Positions 59,211 to 64,000 of a stretch of 64,000 bases of DNA are shown in pieces (position 1 is the stretch's first letter; every line of letters starts with the position of its first letter). Source of the stretch: an uncultured bacterium (GTDB lineage: Bacteria; Sysuimicrobiota; Sysuimicrobiia; Sysuimicrobiales; Sysuimicrobiaceae); assembly GCA_938028835.1 (NCBI GenBank), contig CALIMJ010000006.1:4759-68758 (forward strand), in the 5' to 3' direction. The notes below the pieces were generated by a model. It was not told the origin of the DNA and ran no database searches. It saw nothing but the letters and a program-made list of their open reading frames with translations. Made by a program: the position numbers and the translations under genes.

Positions 59211-59984
59211 ATGGCCGTCAACGTGACCCTGGAGAAGCTGGGAGAGGCGACCCTGCGGCGCCTGGAGGAGGTGGGGGAGGCCAGCCGCTTCGTGGCACGG
59301 GTGGCTGCAAGCCTCGTCCGCGTGCGGTGGGAGGCCGGCCAGACGGTGCTGCAGATGGCCCGGGCGGGCGTGGACTCGGTCCCCCTGGTCCTGCTGACCG
59401 GCCTGTTCTCGGGCATGGTGCTGGCGTACCAGACCGCCAACCAGCTCCTGCGTCTGGGGGGCGAGGGCTTCGTGGGCGGCCTGATCGCGGTGTCCATGGC
59501 GCGGGAGGCGGCGCCGGTGTTCACCGCGGTCACTGTGGCGGGCCGCGTGGGCGCGGGCTTCGCCGCGGAGCTGGGGACCATGGTGGTCACCGAGCAGGTG
59601 GACGCCCTGACGGTGATGGGCACCGACCCCCTGGACTACCTGGTGGTGCCCCGTACCCTCGCGTTGGGGGTCATGCTACCGGTGCTGGTGGTCCTGGCCA
59701 ACGCGGTCGGCTCCCTGGGCGGCTACGCGGTGAGTCTGGTGGTGGGGGTTCCGGGATCGGTCTACGTGGACTCCGTGCGACAGTTCCTGGACCTGCACGA
59801 CGTGGTGGGCGGGCTGGTGAAGTCCGCGGTGTTCGGGCTGCTGATCGCGCTGGTGGCCTGCCACAAGGGGCTGCGGGCCTCCGGGGGGGCCGCGGGGGTA
59901 GGTCAGGCGACCACCGGGGCGGTGGTGGCGGCCATCGCGTGGGTGCTGGCGGCCAACTACTTCCTCGACGTGCTGCTGTTCTGA
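59211..59984 (+). CDS. MlaE-family ABC transporter permease
   Basis: 257 aa. MlaE-like TM layout with the ..EQVDAL.. motif. Confidence 0.85.
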   Translation: MAVNVTLEKLGEATLRRLEEVGEASRFVARVAASLVRVRWEAGQTVLQMARAGVDSVPLVLLTGLFSGMVLAYQTANQLLRLGGEGFVGGLIAVSMAREAAPVFTAVTVAGRVGAGFAAELGTMVVTEQVDALTVMGTDPLDYLVVPRTLALGVMLPVLVVLANAVGSLGGYAVSLVVGVPGSVYVDSVRQFLDLHDVVGGLVKSAVFGLLIALVACHKGLRASGGAAGVGQATTGAVVAAIAWVLAANYFLDVLLF

Positions 59985-60760
59985 TGGAGCTGTCAGGCCG
60001 CGTGGACGTGGTGGACCTGCACAAGGCGCTGGGCGGCCAGCCGGTCCTGCAGGGCGTCTCCCTGCGGGTGGAGCCGGGCGAGGCCGTGGCCATCCTGGGG
60101 CCGAGCGGGTGCGGCAAGACCGTCCTGCTCCGCCACCTGGTGGGCTTGCTGGTCCCGGATCGAGGCGAAGTCCGAATGGACGGGGAAGCCCTCCACCGGC
60201 TGCCGCCCCGCCGGCTGCGGGAGGTGCGGTCGCAGGTGGGCGTGGTGTTCCAGGGTGCGGCGCTGTTCGACTCCCTCACGGTGGCGGAGAACGTGGCCTT
60301 CCCCCTGCGGCGGCACCGACGGTTGCCGGAGTCTCGCATCCAGGAGATCGTGGCGGAGAAGCTGAACCTGGTGGGCATGGGGGGCACGCAGGACAAGATG
60401 CCCGCGGAGCTCAGCGGCGGGATGCGCAAGCGGGTAGGGATCGCCCGGGCGCTGGCCCTGGACCCCAAGATCGTGCTGTACGACGAGCCGACCGCGGGTC
60501 TGGACCCCGTGACCGCCCGCGCGGTGGACCGCCTCATGATGGAGGTGCGGGCCAGGACCCGGACCACCACCGTGCTGGTGACCCATGACCTGTTGACCGC
60601 GTTCGCGGTGGCGGACCGCGTGGCGGTCATGGACGCGGGTCGCTTCGTGATGACGGGGACCCGGGAGGAGGTCCGCGCGAGTCCGCACCCCCTCGTGCAG
60701 GCGTTTTTGCGCAGCTCGGCACTCGGGGGTGTCGTGGAGGAGGCGACCCGTGAAGCCTGA
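59984..60760 (+). CDS. MlaF-family ABC transporter ATP-binding protein
   Basis: GPSGCGKT Walker A, LSGGMRKRV signature, LYDEPTAGLD Walker B. ATG overlaps the mlaE stop by 1 nt. Confidence 0.9.
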   Translation: MELSGRVDVVDLHKALGGQPVLQGVSLRVEPGEAVAILGPSGCGKTVLLRHLVGLLVPDRGEVRMDGEALHRLPPRRLREVRSQVGVVFQGAALFDSLTVAENVAFPLRRHRRLPESRIQEIVAEKLNLVGMGGTQDKMPAELSGGMRKRVGIARALALDPKIVLYDEPTAGLDPVTARAVDRLMMEVRARTRTTTVLVTHDLLTAFAVADRVAVMDAGRFVMTGTREEVRASPHPLVQAFLRSSALGGVVEEATREA

Positions 60761-62153
60761 GGCGCGGGTGGGTCTGGTGGTCCTCATCGCCGCGGTGCTG
60801 TTCGCAGCCCTGGTAGTGTTCCTGGGTCAGGGGCTGGTCCGGCCCCGCGGGTACGAGCTGCGGGTGGTCTTCCCTGACGCGGAGGGCTTGAGCCCGGGTA
60901 GCGCCGTGCACCTGGCGGGCGTGCAGATCGGGGCGGTGGAGTCCCTGCGCCTCACGGACGACCACCGGGCGGAGGTGCGGGTACGGATCCGGCCCGAGGT
61001 GCGGGTGCCGCGGGGATCCACGTTCCGCGTGGCCAGCAGCACCCTGTTGGGCAACCGGTTCCTGGCGGTGGTCCCAGGGCCGGGGCCGGACACGCTGGCC
61101 CCGGGAGAAGTGGTGGAGGGCCAGCCGCCCTACTCCGTGGACGTGGTGTTCCGGCGGGTGGACGAGCTGGCCGGAGACCTGCGCCAGGCGGTGGCGGACG
61201 TGCGGCGGACGGTGCAGGCCGCGCAGCGGCTGGTGGACAACCTGGACGCCACGGTGACGGCGGTGCGGGGCGTGGTGACGGACCCGCGGCTGGTGGGCAG
61301 CTTGGTGCGCGCGGCAGGGTACGTGGAGGCGGCCGCGGCGCAGGTGGACCGGGTGGTTACGGACGCGGGCGAGGACGTGCGGACCACGGCCCGGCGGCTG
61401 CGGGAGCTCGCGGAGCACCTGCGGGACACCGCCCGGGAGGTGCAGCGCTTCGTGGAGGAGGCGGCGGCGGAGGGGGAGCTGAGCAGCCGGATCCGGCGCA
61501 CCGCGGCCTCCGTGGAGAGCCTGGCGGGCCGTCTGGACGAGATGGCCCGCACCCTGCAGGAGGGCCTGGTGCGCGAGGACCAGATGCGGGAGGTGCGGGG
61601 ACTGGTGCAGGACGCCCGCCGCGCCATCCGGCAGGCGGAGGACGCCGCGCGGGAAGTCGGCACCGCTGCCCGCCGGGTGGGCGAGGTGGCGGAGCGGGCT
61701 GCGCCCGCCTTGGAACGCATCGGCGGCGTGCTCCGCGCCCCGGAGGGCATTCCCCTTCTGCCCAACCTGCAGCTGACCTACGAGCTGGGCTACGACACCC
61801 GCACCCGTTTCCGGCACGACCTCGACCTGTGGGTGGCGCTGGGCGAGCCGCGCTTCTACCGGCTCGGGCTGCACGACGTGGGCGGCAGCAACTGGCTCAA
61901 CCTGCAGGTGGGCTTCCGGCTGTCCGACACCCTGAGCGGGCGGGTAGGCATTTTGCAGTCCCAGGTGGGTGTGGGGCTGGACTACCGGCCCGAGGCGCCG
62001 TGGTGGCTCTCTCTGGACCTGTACAACCTGAACCGACTGACCCTCGACCTGTCCGGGTACTACGGGTGGACGCCCCACTGGACCGTGGGGGTGCACGTAC
62101 GGGACGTGCTGCAGTCTCCCTCGTACGGGCTCGGCGTGAAGTACCGGTTCTAG
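60750..62153 (+). CDS. MCE/MlaD-family substrate-binding protein with long C-terminal coiled-coil/beta extension
   Basis: GTG lies 6 nt after GGAGGAGG. N-terminal TM, then MCE domain (VVFPDAEGLSPGSAVHLAGVQIG). 467 aa. Confidence 0.8.
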   Translation: MKPEARVGLVVLIAAVLFAALVVFLGQGLVRPRGYELRVVFPDAEGLSPGSAVHLAGVQIGAVESLRLTDDHRAEVRVRIRPEVRVPRGSTFRVASSTLLGNRFLAVVPGPGPDTLAPGEVVEGQPPYSVDVVFRRVDELAGDLRQAVADVRRTVQAAQRLVDNLDATVTAVRGVVTDPRLVGSLVRAAGYVEAAAAQVDRVVTDAGEDVRTTARRLRELAEHLRDTAREVQRFVEEAAAEGELSSRIRRTAASVESLAGRLDEMARTLQEGLVREDQMREVRGLVQDARRAIRQAEDAAREVGTAARRVGEVAERAAPALERIGGVLRAPEGIPLLPNLQLTYELGYDTRTRFRHDLDLWVALGEPRFYRLGLHDVGGSNWLNLQVGFRLSDTLSGRVGILQSQVGVGLDYRPEAPWWLSLDLYNLNRLTLDLSGYYGWTPHWTVGVHVRDVLQSPSYGLGVKYRF

Positions 62154-62165
62154 AAAGAAAGCATC

Positions 62166-62191
62166 GGGGGTGCCGGCTGGCCGGCACCCCC
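62166..62191. terminator. GC-rich hairpin (GGGGGUGCCGG-cugg-CCGGCACCCCC) between convergent mlaD and the small basic-protein gene
   Basis: Perfect 11-bp stem. On the minus strand it is followed by GAUGCUUUCUUUCU (U-rich). On the plus strand it is preceded by an A-rich tract. Confidence 0.5.
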
Positions 62192-62214
62192 GAGACCTCC
62201 AGCACCCCCCGCGT

Positions 62215-62304
62215 CTACCGCTTCTTGCGGGCGGCCTTCTTCGCCGTCTTCTTGGCGGAGGTCTTCTTGGCGGTGGCCTTCTTGGCCGCCTTCTTCGCCG
62301 CCAT
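62215..62304 (-). CDS. 29-aa Lys/Ala-rich basic protein (histone H1-tail-like)
   Basis: MAAKKAAKKATAKKTSAKKTAKKAARKKR*. ATG lies 8 nt after AAAGGAGGT. Followed by the hairpin terminator. Too short for the ORF table. Confidence 0.45.
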   Translation of the reverse strand: MAAKKAAKKATAKKTSAKKTAKKAARKKR

Positions 62305-62402
62305 GGCTCGGTACCTCCTTTCCTGTGGTTTGAGGTACCCTTACGCGCAGTCGCCCGGAACTCCTGCTGGCGCCGGAAAAATTTTTCCGTCCCCGCCCGG
62401 CC

Positions 62403-63428
62403 CTACCCCGCCACCGCGGCGCGCATCGCCCGCACCGCACGTTCCACGCCTCCGTCGTCCACGTGGCGGTGCGTGACGAACCGGATCGTGCGGGCGTCCA
62501 AGGCGAGGGCCAGAACCCCGTGCGCCCGCAGCCGTTCCACCACCCCGGGCGCGTCCGCCACCCGCGCCAGCACGATGTTGGTCTGCACGCGGTCCGGATC
62601 CACCTCCACTCCCGGGATCTCCGCCAGCCCCTCCGCCAGCACCCGCGCACGCCGGTGGTCTTCCCACAGGCGGTCCACCATCTCCCGCAGGGCCACCAGC
62701 CCCGCCGCGGCCAGAACCCCCACCTGGCGCATGCCCCCGCCCAACGCCTTTCGCCACCGGCGCGCCTCCTCCACGAACGCTTCCGACCCGCACAGCACGG
62801 AACCGGCTGGCGCGCTGAGCCCTTTCGACAGGGACACCATGACGCTGTCCACGGGCGCGGCCAGGTCCGCGGCGGCGACGCCCAACGCCACCGCGGCGTT
62901 AAAGAGCCGCGCGCCGTCCAGGTGGACCCGCAGGCCCCGGGCGTGGGCCCACCGTGCTACGGCCGCGGTGCGGTCCGGTCGATACGCCACGCCGCCCGCG
63001 CGGTTGTGGGTGTTCTCCAGCCACACCAGACGCGCGGGCGGCCGGTGTACGTCGGGCGGGCCCACCGCCGCCTCCAGCTCCTCCAAGGTGGGGTGGCCGT
63101 CCCCGGTCCGCAGCGGTTGGGGGAAAGCGCCCGCGAGCACGCTCATCCCGCCCGCCTCGTAGTGCAGCACGTGGGCCTCCGCGTCCGCGAGCACGGCGTC
63201 CCCGCGCCGGCAGTGCGTCAGCACCGCTACCAGATTGGCCATCGTCCCGCTGGCGCAGAACAGCCCTGCCGGGTGTCCCACCATCCGCGCCGCGAACCCC
63301 TCCAGCTCGGCCACCGTGGGGTCCTCGCGGAACACGTCGTCGCCCACCCGGGCTGTGGCCATGGCCTCCCGCATCCGGTCGGTGGGCTGCGTGACGGTGT
63401 CGCTGCGCAGGTCGACGGTGCCCCCCAC
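62403..63428 (-). CDS. ltaE: Low-specificity L-threonine aldolase
   Basis: DLRSDTVTQPT N-terminus. PLP lysine context SVMVSLSKGLSAP. 341 aa. Confidence 0.85.
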   Translation of the reverse strand: MGGTVDLRSDTVTQPTDRMREAMATARVGDDVFREDPTVAELEGFAARMVGHPAGLFCASGTMANLVAVLTHCRRGDAVLADAEAHVLHYEAGGMSVLAGAFPQPLRTGDGHPTLEELEAAVGPPDVHRPPARLVWLENTHNRAGGVAYRPDRTAAVARWAHARGLRVHLDGARLFNAAVALGVAAADLAAPVDSVMVSLSKGLSAPAGSVLCGSEAFVEEARRWRKALGGGMRQVGVLAAAGLVALREMVDRLWEDHRRARVLAEGLAEIPGVEVDPDRVQTNIVLARVADAPGVVERLRAHGVLALALDARTIRFVTHRHVDDGGVERAVRAMRAAVAG

Positions 63429-63432
63429 GGCC

Positions 63433-63723
63433 TCACTCCGCGGGTTCGCCGCGCGAGGCCTGGTACAGGCCGATCCCCCTCCCCGCGATCCCCGAGGCCA
63501 GGTAGCCGAGCAGAAACAGGAAGATGGCCTTCAGGACCAGGGCCAGGGCCAGCCCCATGTCCGGCCCTCCCTGCGGCGGCCGCGCCACCTGGCTCAAACT
63601 GTTGCCGGTGAGCTCCGTGTACGCCACGTAGAAGACGAACAGCAACAGCACCACCCCCAGCACGAACACCGCCAGTCCCAGGACGCGCCCGGGCGCGTCG
63701 GTCCCTCTCGCCGTCTGGTTCAT
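63433..63723 (-). CDS. Small two-TM membrane protein, unknown function
   Basis: 96 aa with two hydrophobic helices. 4-nt gap to ltaE. Confidence 0.45.
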   Translation of the reverse strand: MNQTARGTDAPGRVLGLAVFVLGVVLLLFVFYVAYTELTGNSLSQVARPPQGGPDMGLALALVLKAIFLFLLGYLASGIAGRGIGLYQASRGEPAE

Positions 63724-63784
63724 CCCTGCACCTCGTCGGAAGTGTATCCCCGCCCTGGAAAGACCCTCACCGACCCGACCTCCG

Positions 63785-63991
63785 CTAGCCCACCCGAGCG
63801 TGGTCCAGGGCCCGCGGGCACAAAGGACAGGTGTTGGTCTCCGGCAGGCGCGCGATGCTCTCCAGGATGAGGTCCCGCAGCTTGGCGTTGTTGGCCGCGA
63901 ACTGCCGCATCACCTCCTCCGCGGTCACCGGGGTCGCGGTGGGGTCGCCTTCCACGCCCACGTCGTAGTCGGTGACCAGGGAGATGTTCAC
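63785..63991 (-). CDS. Hypothetical protein with C-terminal CPLCP motif; may start beyond the window end
   Basis: VNISLVTDYDVGVEGD...ETNTCPLCPRALDHARVG*. GTG at 63991 lacks an RBS. The frame remains open to 64000. Confidence 0.3.
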   Translation of the reverse strand: MNISLVTDYDVGVEGDPTATPVTAEEVMRQFAANNAKLRDLILESIARLPETNTCPLCPRALDHARVG

Positions 63992-64000
63992 GTAACACAG

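Noticed and set aside
62341-62793. 150-aa and other ORFs (62150-62650, 62170-63162) overlapping ltaE and the small basic gene
   Set aside because: They overlap the well-supported threonine aldolase and terminator region in other frames. GC-frame artefacts.

Overview
The window is about 70% GC with genes tightly packed on both strands. Most genes have GGAGG-type ribosome-binding sites, many use GTG starts, and many adjacent pairs show 4-nt (GTGA/ATGA) or 1-nt (TGATG) stop/start overlaps. The ORF table displays GTG starts as M. Gene content and synteny (pheS-pheT / cvpA-polX-mutS2; infC-rpmI-rplT; purS/purQ/purL as separate genes) suggest a high-GC, probably thermophilic Bacillota-like genome. 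This taxonomic placement is an inference.

The window has three main blocks:

- Positions 1-20070 (minus strand, apart from ubiX on plus at 19474-20067): a roughly 17-kb, 16-gene supercluster that looks like an anaerobic aromatic-acid (4-hydroxybenzoate/benzoate-type) catabolic island.
  - UbiD-family (de)carboxylase with UbiX nearby.
  - hcrCAB-like three-subunit molybdenum hydroxylase, whose FAD subunit carries the Cys-rich insertion typical of 4-hydroxybenzoyl-CoA reductase.
  - AMP-forming CoA ligase.
  - Two crotonases, an acyl-CoA dehydrogenase, a PAS-LuxR regulator, an amidohydrolase-2 protein and an SDR.
  - A four-gene module in benzoyl-CoA-reductase order: two dehydratase-like subunits followed by two different BcrA/BcrD-type ATPases.
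  - A GntR regulator and a family III CoA-transferase.
  - A decayed IS605-type TnpB remnant that truncates a second UbiD-like gene.
- Positions 20090-26260 (plus strand): DUF92 membrane protein, guaB, and two c-di-GMP turnover proteins.
- Positions 26250-39430 (minus strand): a 12-gene purine operon purD-purA-purB-purC-purS-purQ-purL-purF-purM-purN-purH followed by a phosphoribosyltransferase.

The remainder of the window contains:

- A UbiE-like methyltransferase and a coupled membrane protein.
- An exonuclease.
- A coiled-coil protein with four near-identical 126-bp tandem repeats.
- tyrS, mutS2, polX, cvpA, pheST with a Phe T-box leader, and the rplT-rpmI-infC operon (infC with an apparent AUA start).
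- MlaEFD-like transporter genes, a 29-aa Lys/Ala-rich basic protein, and ltaE.

My hand-indexed coordinates for internally chosen start codons may be off by 1-3 nt. Gene ends follow the supplied ORF table.
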